Source of the DNA: Octopus bimaculoides
Lineage: Eukaryota
DNA length: 64,000 bases
Direction of reading: 5' to 3'
Assembly: GCF_001194135.2 (NCBI RefSeq)
Contig: NC_068981.1
Coordinates: 172,509,498-172,573,497, forward strand
Within the stretch, counting starts at the first letter, position 1, and each line of letters begins with the position of its first letter. Shown here in pieces: positions 38,112 through 50,640 of the stretch. A program made the translations under genes and the position numbers. Below the pieces are notes generated by a model. The model had not been told where the DNA came from and ran no database searches. It saw only the letters and a list, made by a program, of their open reading frames with translations.

Positions 38112-39494
38112 CTTGAAGGCAAAAGAAAAAAGAAAAAAAGTAGGATTAGCCAATTTATATTTCAATTTCAGATTAGAGAAACACAACTTTGATAAATGTT
38201 AATAAAATATAATTTCAGAAAAATGTACATTGTTAAAAGACATGCATTGATACACAATTTCATTAACAACTTTTAACCTTTTAGGATTTAGATGAATCTG
38301 TCAAATGTAATGCGTATTTATTCATTGTTTTGAACTGATTATGCATTATCTCATAGCTTTATGATTTCAATGATGTGATTGTTTATCTTTAGAGTGATAT
38401 AGTAAGGTAGGTTTGAGAGACTAGACCTAGCCAATTTGAACATACAATAGATAGAATATTTGAGCCTGATAACACCCGTTTAAAAGCGTTAAAAGTCTTT
38501 TTAATTCATACATCTAAACAATGTTCAAATCAAGAGCATTATCATAACTCATGACTTAAATTCCTAACAGAGAATATGTATTTTTTTTTTATTGATTGAT
38601 TTTGCCAGATTCTTTGAGAAAACAGAATACATTACTGTAGTGTCACCAAACCACAACATGATGCTCAACTCAAATTCCAAAAGGATTTGGACTTGTAGGC
38701 ACTTGGAAAAGAGAACATTTTCTTTTTAAATCTTGGTTTTAAAATAATAAAATCATACAAAATGAAATCATCTGAATTATCAATATTGAATCACTTAGTG
38801 TAAGTGTTATACATATTTTATGATTGCTTTTCTATTCCAGCATTGAGTGGATATGTCATCACAGTCTGAGATAGATATTATTTGGAGTTACCACTCTCCT
38901 AGACAAGTCAGGAACCACACTTTACTTGTAACTTCCATTTTTGGCATGGTCTACATAGTTCAATGCCCTTCCTGGTGCTAACCACCTTAGTGTATATTAG
39001 TACTAGATATGTCTTATCTCTGGCAAAACTAAAGAGTCCTCTCTACCCTATATTTTCTCCATTCATCCAAGACAACATTAACTGAGAGAGCAAATTAGAG
39101 AGTGATGAATAAAAAGCAGGACAAAGTAATAAAAGAAAGAGTATGATGTGAGAAATAGTGATAAAAGTGCAAGAGAGTGTTAAAGGAGAGGTATGGAAAA
39201 GAGTGAGAGTTATAAACAGCTACATTTTGGTTGTTGGTAAGGAGATTGAATAGAAAACAATAGTAATGGAAAAAGAAGCTGTGGCAGGTCAAGAGTGATA
39301 GCAATTCAAAGTCCTCCATTAATACACTAATGTCATGGTGGAGAAGCAATAAAAGGGGATATGGGGGAAGATTAAATTCAGAGGAATTCAATACTATCCT
39401 TAATTACACAGACAGCATGGTACAATGAGAGAGAAGGTTGTAGATGGAGACATAAAATGAACATGATGGGCAAAAGAGCACCAGCAGCATTTAT

Positions 39495-39800
39495 AAGTCT
39501 GTTTTTCCATGCTTGCATAGGTTGGTGAGTCTTCTTCAGCACTCTGTCCTTTATCATCTTTGTAAAGTTAGAACTTTAGAAACTACTCTATATTATCTTG
39601 TCCCATGTCTTCTTAGGTGTCCCTTTTCCATAGATTCCGTTTGCCTCAAGCACTCAACTCTTTATACAATTAAGATTCTCCTTTTAATATCAGAAGCCCA
39701 TAAAAACAGTCTTCTCTTTTGTACACTACAAATACTCTTCTTTCAAGTTTTATTTTCCTTTCAGCTCATTTGCCTATATTATTCATGCACACTAACATTG
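39495..39800 (-). mobile_element. Degenerate RTE 3' end
   Basis: Decayed ORF2 C-terminus joined to the same ttccatgc..gcat.ggttgg tail motif. Confidence 0.55.
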
Positions 39801-39859
39801 AATTTCCAGTGAAGTATGCATCAGTGAAATACAGACACACACACACACACACACATATA

Positions 39860-40026
39860 CAGAGTGTCCAGAAATTAAGGTAACTAAAGTTTCAGGCTTT
39901 AATAAACTATCAATAAATGTGATAAGATATGAAAATTGTACATCATTATAAAATTTTAGCGTATCTTCTTTTTTGTTTCAGATGAAATAAATTCAGATTT
40001 ATAAATTAGATAATGGCCATAGACTG
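39860..40026. mobile_element. Possible Tc1/mariner MITE remnant
   Basis: Starts ta|cagagtgtccagaaatta (mariner-type terminus) and ends ctg|ta; the right TIR match is poor. Confidence 0.35.
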
Positions 40027-40042
40027 TATATATTTATATACC

Positions 40043-40091
<49 letters not shown>

Positions 40092-40184
40092 TAAATTCAA
40101 ATTACAATGAACATAAGCAAACAAATGAAGTTTGCTTTTAGAAGCGTTGAGATGTCTTAGAAAGTTAAAGAAGACATATACAAA

Positions 40185-40386
40185 GACCCAGGAAGACGTG
40201 GGATGAGGTGAAGAACGACCTTCGAACATTAGGCCTCACCGAGGCAATGACTAGTGACCGAGACCTTTGGAAATATGCTGTGCGTGAGAAGACAAGTGAG
40301 ACCATAACCTGGTCTCACTGGTTTGCCAGTCCTCAGTCAAATCATCTAACCCATGCTAACATGAAAAGCAGACGTTAAACGATGAT
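40185..40386 (+). mobile_element. RTE 3' end (ORF2 C-terminus plus GAT tail), internally deleted
   Basis: PRKTWDEVKNDLRTLGLTEAMTSDRDLWKYAVREKT followed by ...aacccatgctaacatgaaaagcagacgttaaacgatgat. Confidence 0.8.
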
Positions 40387-40460
40387 ACAGATATATATAT
40401 ATATATATATACATAAACACAGATATATATATATATACATAAACACAGATATATATATAT

Positions 40461-40502
<42 letters not shown>

Positions 40503-41199
40503 CGGCTAGTCAGAGGTAAACTATCCAACATTACCCTACAGAGGACCTTTCCAGCAACAGCTAACAGACAGATGCCGCAATAATTATTACAGACATCCTT
40601 TCTGCCTTTAGATTTATGTAGTGTCTCCATAGTTGCATCACACCAATCCGGAGGAACCTCTTCACTTTGCCAAACCCTCTGAATCACATCCGTCAACATT
40701 CCAGAAAGATGATCACCATCATATTTATATATCTCTGCACCTAGTCCATCCATGCCAGGGGCCTTTCCATTGTTCAATTTCCTGATTGCTGCTTTTATTT
40801 CAGCCAGGTTTGGAACTTCTGCTATAAAATGTTTTGTTGGTTTCTCGGGTATATTATCAAGAAAAGAGAGATCAACTTCAGTGGGTCTATTGAGCAACTC
40901 ATGAAAATATTCTTTCCATCTCCCAACAATATCTTTAGGATTTGTTAATAATTCTGTACCATCCTTGCTCCGAAGTGGCTCAACCTTTCATGAAACTGGT
41001 CCATAAACTTTTTTCAAGAGAGAGTATAAAAGTTTGGAATTATTAGCATTTCAAGCCTCTTGGATTTCATCGTATCTATCACTCCACCAATTTTCCTGCA
41101 TCATCCGTAGCTTCCTCTGCACTGTTGCTTTTACTACCTTGAAATATGTAGCCACTGTCCTGTTCGTTGACATGTCAACATTTTGCAACATGTTAAATG

Positions 41200-41419
41200 C
41201 AGTTTTATATTTAAGAGATGAGGAATTATATACATTATTTACATTTGATGGATATTTGTCCTCATCTTGTTTGTTGTTAACACAACGTTTCAGCTGATAT
41301 ACCCTCAAGCTTTCATCAGGTGTCTTGGGGAAATTTTTCGAAGTTATTATTATTCAGTCACTGCCTTGAATCAAACTCGGAATCTTGGGGTTAGTAGCCC
41401 ACGCTCTTAACCACTACGC
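41200..41419 (-). mobile_element. tRNA-headed short element with a PLE-type 3' end carrying a minimal hammerhead ribozyme, inserted in an RTE
   Basis: Minus strand: A-box-like GCGTAGTGGTTAAG, B-box-like GAGTTTGATTC, an AAT-rich linker, then the hammerhead. The same unit occurs at 34331-34550 (-) and 35728-35968 (+). Confidence 0.75.
41279..41324 (-). ncRNA. Minimal type-I hammerhead ribozyme motif (PLE type)
   Basis: GACAC-CUGAUGA-A-AGCUUGAGGGUAUAUCAGCU-GAAAC-GUU-GUGUU. Stem I is GACAC/GUGUU, stem II is AGCU(U)GA/UCAGCU, stem III is the palindrome AACGUU, with one extra A after A9. Confidence 0.65.
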
Positions 41420-41578
41420 AATATCAACAAACCAATCTTGGTGTTTTTTAACAACAAAGCCAAGAATGTTACTACAAANNNNNNNNNNNNNNNNNNNNNN
41501 NNNNNNNNNNNNNNNNNNNNNNNNNNNNNNNNNNNNNNNNNNNNNNNNNNNNNNNNNNNNNNNNNNNNNNNNNNNNNN

Positions 41579-41612
<34 letters not shown>

Positions 41613-41646
41613 CGTATATATATATACACACACATATATACATACA

Positions 41647-41826
41647 CCATCGCTTGACAACTGATATTGGTGTGTTTACGTCCCCGTAATTTAGTGGTTC
41701 GGGAAAAGAGACCGATAGAATAAGTACTAGGCTTACAGCGAATAAGTCCTAGGGTCGACTTGTTTGACTAAAGGTGGTGCTCCAGCATGGCTGCAGTCAA
41801 ATGACTGAAACAAGTAAAAGAGTAAA
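41647..41826 (+). mobile_element. 3' part of the two-part SINE, adjacent to an N gap
   Basis: cgcttgacaactgatattggtgtgtttacgtcccc...aataagtactaggc...cagcatggctgcagtcaaatgactgaaacaagtaaaag. Confidence 0.8.
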
Positions 41827-42259
41827 AGAATATATATACGTGCACACACACATATGAACACATGTATGTATGCTTTTATACATACATACATACATAAATA
41901 AATATACACAATTATATCAGTGAGACGCTTATCTCACTCGCAGTAGACTGAATATCAATAAATTACATTTTCAGAATGTAATGATCTCAAATTCGACAGA
42001 AACAGTTGATAGTTTATTTCAAAGATACTTTGGTATAAAATTTATCTTATATCATTTCAAGCTGTTGGTATGTCTTCTGTATAGTATTGACAATCACTTT
42101 CTCTAATTATCTTCACATTTTGGATACATATATTAACTCTTCACAAACTTTTTGTGTCCAACAGCAGATGGTGGCAGGAGCATCACATATCCCCAGAGGA
42201 TACTGAAATTCATGTGCATGTCTGAAGATTTCAATAAAAATATATCAGTGACTCTTCTA

Positions 42260-42675
42260 TCTTTTATTTTTTACTTGTTTCAGTCTTTGGACTGCAGCCA
42301 TGCCAGGACACCACCTTGAAGTGTTTTAGTCAAAGGAATCATCCACAGTACTTATTTTTTTAAAGCCTGGTATTTATTCTATTGGGGTTGCTTGCCGACT
42401 AAGCTACAGGGATGTAAACAAACTAACACTGGTTGTCAAGGAGTCATGGGGACAAACATAACACACATAGATATATATATATTATATATTATATATATAT
42501 ATATATTATATANNNNNNNNNNAAAACATGCTTCTTTCAGTTTCTGTCTACCAAATCCATTCACAGGATTTTGGTTGGCCTGGGGCTACAGTAGAAAACA
42601 CATTCCCAAGGTGCCATGCAGGGAGACTGAACCCAGAAGTATGTGGTTGAGAAGCAAACTTCTTACCACACAAAA
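42260..42675 (-). mobile_element. Two-part tRNA-derived SINE (older copy)
   Basis: acttgtttcagtctttggactgcagccatgcc...ttctttcagtttctgtctaccaaatccattcacagg...gggagactgaacccagaag. Confidence 0.8.
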
Positions 42676-43879
42676 ATAACATAAAAATAGAATGCTATTC
42701 ATAGGCTAAGCTATTCTTGTGTATATTTAGGGCACTGATTCTAAATTTATCATCAGTTTTTCCTTACCAGCTCTAGATTCAGAGTTACAGCACAGTGTAT
42801 TTATATGCTGATGCATCCACTCAAGCACTGAAATTGCGCCCTTCTTCAATTTTGCTGACTGACTTAATGTCATTCTCTCAGATCAATCCATGGAAATTTT
42901 CCAAGTGAGAATCTCAAACTAAGTAAATTATAACACCAATCCCAATTGCCAAGCTTAGGTACATCTAAAGTGAAGATACAATTATTTCTATGTACACTGT
43001 TAATTTTTTAGTGGAGGTTATTATTATTATTATTATTTAGTGGAGGTTATTATTGTTATTTTTGTATCAAAATAATACATTATTTATTAATTAGAGCTGA
43101 TAGGGCAAAACTGATACCATTTTTGGAATTGGCACCCTAAATATACCCAACAATAGGTCTAATTTCAAAGGCACAAAAATATGTGTTGGCCAGTGTAATA
43201 TATTCAAACGTTGTTGCAATCAATTAATTACAATGAGTTTTCTTGTTATACAGATTGAACTGTAATAGTTTTTTAGTTTCTTGAGATGTCCATTCTTTCT
43301 GTCATTGATTTTAAGAAGTTGTACTCTATAAATATAATTCATTCATTGGTTGATGAAATTCAAGTATACATTGACTTCAAACCTATTTAGAGACACTGAT
43401 CTCAAGAAATTGCTCTAAAGTTAAAAATATACAAAAGGTAAGATCTCTTATTAAATGAGTAAAATAGTTTTATTGATCTTTCATTTCCATTTACATAATT
43501 AGAGGAAAATTTCTAAGGAACTGAACTTAGAATAACTATTTCACTGGTTTTATCTTATTAGACTATTGATTGATTGTCTTTTACAAAAGACATACATCAA
43601 AATTATTAAGAAGTAATTTTGATATCTTCTTTCAAGCGTATTTTCACATAAGAGCTTGAAAATACTTCAATTTGTTTTTTTTAAGTCTCAAAAATTTTTC
43701 CCACTAATTTTCAAAAGAACCTCACCTTTAGAGTTTCATAGCAAAAAGTAAATCTAAAATTCAAGCCATTAACTTTACATGATATTACAATGGGATCTTC
43801 CTTGAATTTTAAGTTTAATTTTCTTTAGAAAACTAGTATTAAATGACCACATCAAATTACAAGAATTTTACTATTACTA

Positions 43880-44070
43880 CATCATCATCAGTTAATGCCC
43901 TCCTTCCATGCTGGCACAGATTGGATGGTTTGATAAGAACTGATGAGTCAGAAGACTGCACTAAGCTCAACTGTCATCTCTGGTGTGATATCTACAGCTG
44001 GATGCCTTTCCTAATGCCAACCCTTTACAAGGTGTACCAAGTGCTTTTTATGTGTTACCAGTAGCAGAGA
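43880..44070 (-). mobile_element. Older RTE-tail retroposon
   Basis: catcatcatcagttaatgccctccttccatgctggcac...tacagctggatgcctttcctaatgccaacc. Confidence 0.7.
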
Positions 44071-45699
44071 GGTCACCAAGTAATTAGCAAGGCAAGACAC
44101 CTCTCAACAGAGGGGGCAGGGCAACAGCTTTGTACTAGGTGATGAGAGGCACAAATATGAAGAGAGGGTCAGAAACAAGTGTCTTGCAGTAAAGGAGATA
44201 TATGGCTACCTGAACTAGAGAGAGAGAGAGAGAGTGGGGGGGTAGATAAAAGAGAGACTGACTAACAATGCTAGCAGCCACTGGTTGAAATAACCATGAG
44301 CACCAACAAATATGGCATATAACTGTAGAACTACTTGTTAAGATTTGTCACTTAACAAATGTAATCTATCAAGCAATAACTATTAATATTAGTAATTTTT
44401 GTAAAACCTCAAAACTGCTAAGGTAGTGAGAAGAAACTGGGATAATGATAATAATTTTTTACATTTTAGTGTTATTTTTTTAAATGTATCAAATGCAGAG
44501 CATATACATATGCCAATGATAATTAGTTTGAAACTAGTATTTTCTAATGAAGGTATTAGATCTAATATACACATGGATTAGGGACTTGGGATTAAAGAGT
44601 TAAATATCCCTAGACAAAAAACATAAGCAAAATGAAAATTAAACACTAGTTGTAAATCTATTCTAAATTTATGACTAAGTAGTCTACTTTAGACTATATA
44701 AGCTTTATTCTCATTAATCTAAAGTACCTTGCAACTTCTTTAGCAATATAATTTGCCTCTAATCTTTTATTACTGAAGTTATTCCACTTAAAAATCAATT
44801 AAAACAAATGTTCATAAAGTTAGAAATAATTTGTCAAATAATTAAATGAAAACAAAATTATGTATAATGAAAAAATGTGAGAATTAAACCATTCATCAAA
44901 GTAGATAGGATTTTCCATTTTGCCAAAATTATGTGGATATGACCACTTCAAATGAAAACTAAACATTGGTCAGAATAACAAAAGTATTAAGCACCCAAGA
45001 CAGCTTTTTATTAGTTATATCTATAAAATAAAGTACCAAACAAAAGAAATAGAAAAAATGTTGACAAGCATCAAAAAAATTATTTAAAATAGCTATAACA
45101 AAATGCCCGTGTTAAACAAGGATAAAGCTAGCCCCAAGTGTGAGCTATTTGTCCGCCAAAGAAAAGATGATCATCAGAAAATCAAATGATGTCATTTATG
45201 CTTCATATAACCTACAAGCACCTTCTCATCTCCTGAAAACCAGTCAAGTTTTGAAGGCTCTTGTGATGATAATCTCTAACTTTACAAAATCTTTTTCTCA
45301 AATAAGATTGTTCTGTTAAGTTGTACTCCTGCATATAAAGCAACTATGTTTGGTGCTATGTTTCCAGTTTCACTTCTCACACATACATGCACACAACTCC
45401 CACAAAGTCTTATGTGCCTCAATTCCATGTATGCAGTCACTAAGTGAAAACTTCTGATAACTTCAGCCCAACAAAGCAACTAGCTTTGACTGCATTACTG
45501 GCATCAAACCATGCCCAGCCAACAGTATGCTCTTAAGCATTTTCTCTGTCTCTTTGAGGATCTATCTCAGCTTATAGAAATATGCAATAATGTGTCCCAT
45601 CTTCAAGAAAAGTTACTTCCTTATCTAGTCAACCATTGACCTAATACTCTCAAAAGTAGTTGTTAAATGTTATAAGCACACATCTCTTTTTCAACTTTG

Positions 45700-46590
45700 A
45701 ATACCATTCCCTCCTCACGGAATACTTTTCGTATAACCAGATCTGCTGGGATGTTCTATGTCACTCATCAGCAATCTCTTGCATTAGGAAATTTTAGCAA
45801 AAACAAATATTTACCTTGACATCAACAAAACCTTTAGTAATGAGTGGCTTGAATACCTCCTAGTATAGTTGTTTACCATGGCTCTATTTGTCTCATTATT
45901 TTAACCAGAGTTTCTTGTCAGACTTACATAGCACTGTAAGTTGACTAGACGCTCTCTGGCATACTGGTGTTCTTCAGAGCTCAGTTACAATTTTCACTTT
46001 TAAATTCTTTAACCTCCTATGCATACATCATACATACAACCTAAACACTGCATCTCAGTCATGTATCATTTTTATGAGTAGAAACCTTGAAAACATCCTC
46101 CAATGGGGACATAACAGCTTAGTCTTGTTCAACAGCACAAAAGTACAATCACTACACATATCAGGGAAATACACATACAATACTATACCTTCCATACCCA
46201 TGAACAACACACAACTAAGCTTTCACAAATTTATATATATAAGCTTTGCAATATCACATGATCTTTCAAAGCAAACAAAACTATGACAACTAAAAAAAGG
46301 CTAGGCTCCTTTACAAGCTTGAGTAAGATTCACAGTACTACTCATAGAGATGGAACAGCTACTACACACAAAATCATTCAAGAGCACATACACAAAAAAA
46401 GTCATCTAACTATTAGCAAACCGTCACTCACCAACATATCATATCCTGCTTCCTTTCTCTGTTACTAAAATGAATCTCACTTCTACTAACCAGTAAATTA
46501 TCACTAAATGCAGCTGTTCATCTCTCACCATTTTAGCCGCAACTCACAAGAAATTCCGTACTAAAACTTCACCTTGACTCTGCTTCCTTA
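45700..46590 (+). mobile_element. Degenerate LINE remnant, apparently the same family as 16720-17330
   Basis: LDINKTF (LDISKAF-like) and SRNLENILQWGHNSLVLFNSTKVQ. Confidence 0.7.
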
Positions 46591-48879
46591 GACTTTTAGA
46601 AGTCATATTTAATACATCATCATAAAACCTTTGTTATACTATGATGATCACAAGTGACTATGAAGGAACAAATTCAGTATTGTTTGTTGACTGAACAATA
46701 TCAGTTTGTGAGAAAAGCTAAATTGAAATGACTTAAGCATGTAAGAAAGCATTAGCCGAAGGCATTTGTGATAAAGTTAAACCAGAGAAAGGTCAGATCT
46801 GCAAATAGTAGTGGAAGAAAATACTCATAATAAAGGTAAGCTAAGGATGACAAAACCAAAGACATTGGGTTTAACAGATTAGATAATAGTTCAAGGAAAC
46901 AAGAAAGGCTGGCTAAACAATGACAAATATGATGATCAAGGATTAGTTATGATAGTGTATAAATTGAATTTTCATACTTTTCATACTCTTATCCTATTTC
47001 TTTATCTCTTTAATGCATATTTTACCATTTTACATAATAAATGCTTTCATCTCAAAAAATTATTCTATAATAAATTCTCTGTCAGATTAAGATCTCATGT
47101 GCCTATCATCTTCGAGTAATTAACAAAAAAAAAAAAAGAAACACCTTAATCCACCAGCAAATGCTTCCATATACAATATATTTAGTCTTTAGCAGAATGA
47201 GAAAATCTTGGAAACATTTTCAAAAATTATCCAAGCTTCAACTTATATTTAAATACGTAAAGCATTTTGCTGATTGTCTTCAATTCTTTTTTTAATATTC
47301 ATTATGCAGTTAGTTTTATTGTTACACACTATTTAACTGGAATGTAACAAGAAATGTCAAAAAGTTTTGATGTATAATTCTTTCTTTGAGTTTTCAGTTT
47401 TTAGGATACCAAATCAAAAGAGCTTTGACAAATCTGGAAAATGTCATTTTAACAAAAATTGCCATATTTTCATACTGCACAAAACAAGACCTGATTTTAA
47501 TCAGTAAATAGTTGGATAAAAATTTGAAAATCTTTTGATAACATCAAAATCCAATTCATATAGAGATTATGAGTCTATTGTAATATATTACAGCAAAATA
47601 TACATTTTGAATGCTGAAGATCTGTACAATTAGTGAGGAACAATTTAGTAATTATAGAATCTAATGTCATGAGAAAGGGTGAACATAAATGTAAGGAAAT
47701 ATAGAGCATTAGTCAAAATGTGCAACTGTGATGATTGTTATGAATACAATGTAAAAGAATAATGTATGCTGAGTGAAAAAAAGGGTTTGGAATTGATGTT
47801 TAGTCCCCTGTCAATGTTGAACAAGCAGATTTATGACGAAAAGCATTCTAATTATGACCATCCTATCCTTTTGAGAGTTACTAGAACTACATTAACTAAT
47901 GTGCCTGTACGTTTTTAAAGTTAGTAGTGCGATTTGAAAGAGATTTGGTTGCTATTTCTTGTAAGTGAAGTGACTATACAAGGGCTCCCTAATTAGCTCA
48001 CATGGTGTGAGTTGGCTGCAGAAAGTTACAGAGGTAGATTTTAGAAGAAATATGAATGCTAGGTTTCATACCTGTCCAGCTCATTCATACAGGCATAGAA
48101 ACATATCTTTCTACAAAGCTTCTAGAGTTTGAACCAAAATTATATTATCAGGACTGAATTCTTAAATTGTTCAACAGCCATTCTGTCTATATATTCATGT
48201 ATTAGAAAGTACATCTATAATGCTTACATTTGTAATCTGCCATTCTATACTATTGGAATTTGAATAGTGCAGATTTAGACCACTTCTCTCAAAATTGGTA
48301 ACTGCTAGTTGGATTCCAGTTGTTTGTATGAGAATCCCAAAGGATTCACAATTAAAATTGAAAGATTAGAGAACTGCTTGACTCTGTTACTGAAAAAAAC
48401 TCAGTTTCCCCTTCATATAGACATTATGAGTTTGTTGTAATATATTACAGCAAAACTATACAATTGGGTGTAACTGATATTCTCATTTCAATTTAGACTA
48501 AATTGTTCCTCATTAACTGCAGAAGACCTTGATGTTAGAGAAAGAATTCATATGACATTTCTCAATTTGCTACTTGGTTTATATTTTTTGCTTCTTTCTG
48601 ATCTTCATGGTTAGGCAGTTTTACTTTTTCACTTTCTTTGGCCAATTCAGACCGCTTCTCATCTATTAACTTTCACAACCATAAATTTGCATTTGTAACA
48701 CGTATCAGATTATATTTTACTTTTAAAAAAATCTATTAATGGTTCACTGTTTTAAGCATATAAGAGTTTTAAAATTATTAATCGGACTATTGTTTTCCTT
48801 TTGGAATCACATATCTGTATTTTATTCTGCACTAAACTCTATCAAATTAAGGTAGTATATTTTTCTTCAAAAAATACTA

Positions 48880-49045
48880 AGAGATCATTTTAACCATTGT
48901 TGTTTATGAATCAGTACATTCATCATCATCGTCGTCATTTAACGTCTGTTTTCCATGCTGGCATGGGTTTGATGGAAAGCGGACGTTAAACAACGACGAT
49001 GATCAATGTACTGATTCATAAACAACAATGATTAAAATGGTCTCT
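48880..49045. repeat. Near-perfect hairpin, ~75-bp arms with a 15-nt loop
   Basis: Left arm agagatcattttaaccattgttgtttatgaatcagtacatt...ttccat; the right arm is its reverse complement with few mismatches. Confidence 0.92.
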
Positions 49046-50084
49046 ATTGATGTTCAGGATATAATAGGACAACTGATTAATCCTAAGGATGGGTCATATG
49101 AAACAACTTGATGAGTAATTTAACTTTTTAGCTTATAAACTCTTACTTGGCCTCAAGTTTCCATTACTTCAGTGTCCAGGAATAATCTGAAGCATTTTTT
49201 TAAAACCAGTGACTATATATATTAGATTCTATAATTAATAAATTGTTCCTCACTAACTGTACAGATCTTCAACATTCAAAATGTATATTTTGCTGTGATA
49301 TATTACAACAGACTCATAATCTCTATATGAAGGGGAAACTGAATTTTTTTTAGTAACAGAGTCAAGCAGTTCTCTAAATTTCTCCAGCTGCTTCCCACAA
49401 ATCCTAATTACCATACAATCAACAGCTCTACTTTAGGCACTAAATATAATTTCTAAAAACGAAAAACTCTTCATCTAACATATGAGCATACTACTGGAGC
49501 AGTCCATAGCTACCCATGCAGCCAGATAACCAATCCACTTAATTTTTGATTCACTGATCTATCAAACATCCCAATACACCATTTACGCTAACTACACAAT
49601 ACTGAATTACTCATGAATAGAGAACACTTCTTGTACTCTGCTGCCAAATTTTTGGAAAAATGGCCATCATTCAAGCCCATCCGATAAGAAAAATTCTAAA
49701 AATGTATCAAATTACAAAACAATTAAACAGCATAAATTATTAATTAATAAAGCCACAAAATTTAAATTTTAACAATAAAGAATTTTTTTTTAATGACAGA
49801 CATGAAATATCCGATGATTTTTTTTTCCCCACTAAAGCACTTAGTAAAATGACAAAGACTTTATTTTTTAAACTAAAAGTGTTTGATGTTGATAAGCATG
49901 TGTCAAGTAATTGTTTTTGTTACTATCACTACTAACTATCAAAGTACTTAGAATACTTTGTAACCATTATTCCTTTTCATATCAATAGCAATATCAAGTA
50001 TACTGCTTCAAGTTTTGGTACCAAGAGCAACTATGTACCATTCAGATTAGCAAATCTGATTATGAAAAGAAAATATTACCTACA

Positions 50085-50230
50085 ACATTGATTTCAAATT
50101 TTGGCACAAGGCCAGCAATTTTTGGGGAGGAGGCAAGTCAGTTACATCAACTCCAGTATGCAACTGATACTTACTTTATTGACTCTGAAAGGAAGAAAGG
50201 CAAAGTTATACTCTAGCACCAGTGATTTCA
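50085..50230 (-). mobile_element. tRNA-derived SINE fragment
   Basis: ttggcacaaggccagcaatttttgggg...gatacttactttattgactctgaaaggaagaaaggcaaagtt. Confidence 0.65.
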
Positions 50231-50640
50231 GAAATGGCTGATAAACTATTAGATAATGGTCTTGAAACTAAGTCTCAATTCCAAGATACAGATGAAATTA
50301 TTACTGCTAAATTGTACCATTTTAATGAATAGAATGAAGTACTTTTATGTACCTTACATTAAAAAAAAACCCCATAAAAATAATGAATTGCACACCTCAG
50401 AAAAAAAAAAAAGGAGAGTATCAATGGTTACATTTTACATTAGCATAAACTAATTATAAAGAGATCAGTTATGCATGATTAATCACTATCTAATTTTCTG
50501 GCCATTTAATTATATTAAATTACACATTGATACTTGTATAACTGGATTTATATCAATAACATATCTATTCATTTTTAATATGTTCTGGCAAATTCAAGCA
50601 TGAATATCTAATTGTTGTTGTTTGTTGTCATCAGAGAACA

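Larger units (their letters stand above)
40505..41478 (-). mobile_element. RTE (BovB-like) LINE ORF2 fragment, interrupted by the tRNA-hammerhead element
   Basis: KKHQDWF ... RWKEYFHELLNRP ... NNGKAPGMDGLGAEIYK ... NNYCGICLLAVAGKVLCRVM. Contains stop codons and runs into an N gap. Confidence 0.9.

Noticed and set aside
43940-43965. CTGATGA-GTC-AGAA-GAC, hammerhead-like core with stem II
   Set aside because: The GAAA core is absent (TGCA follows), and it lies inside a diverged RTE-tail copy.
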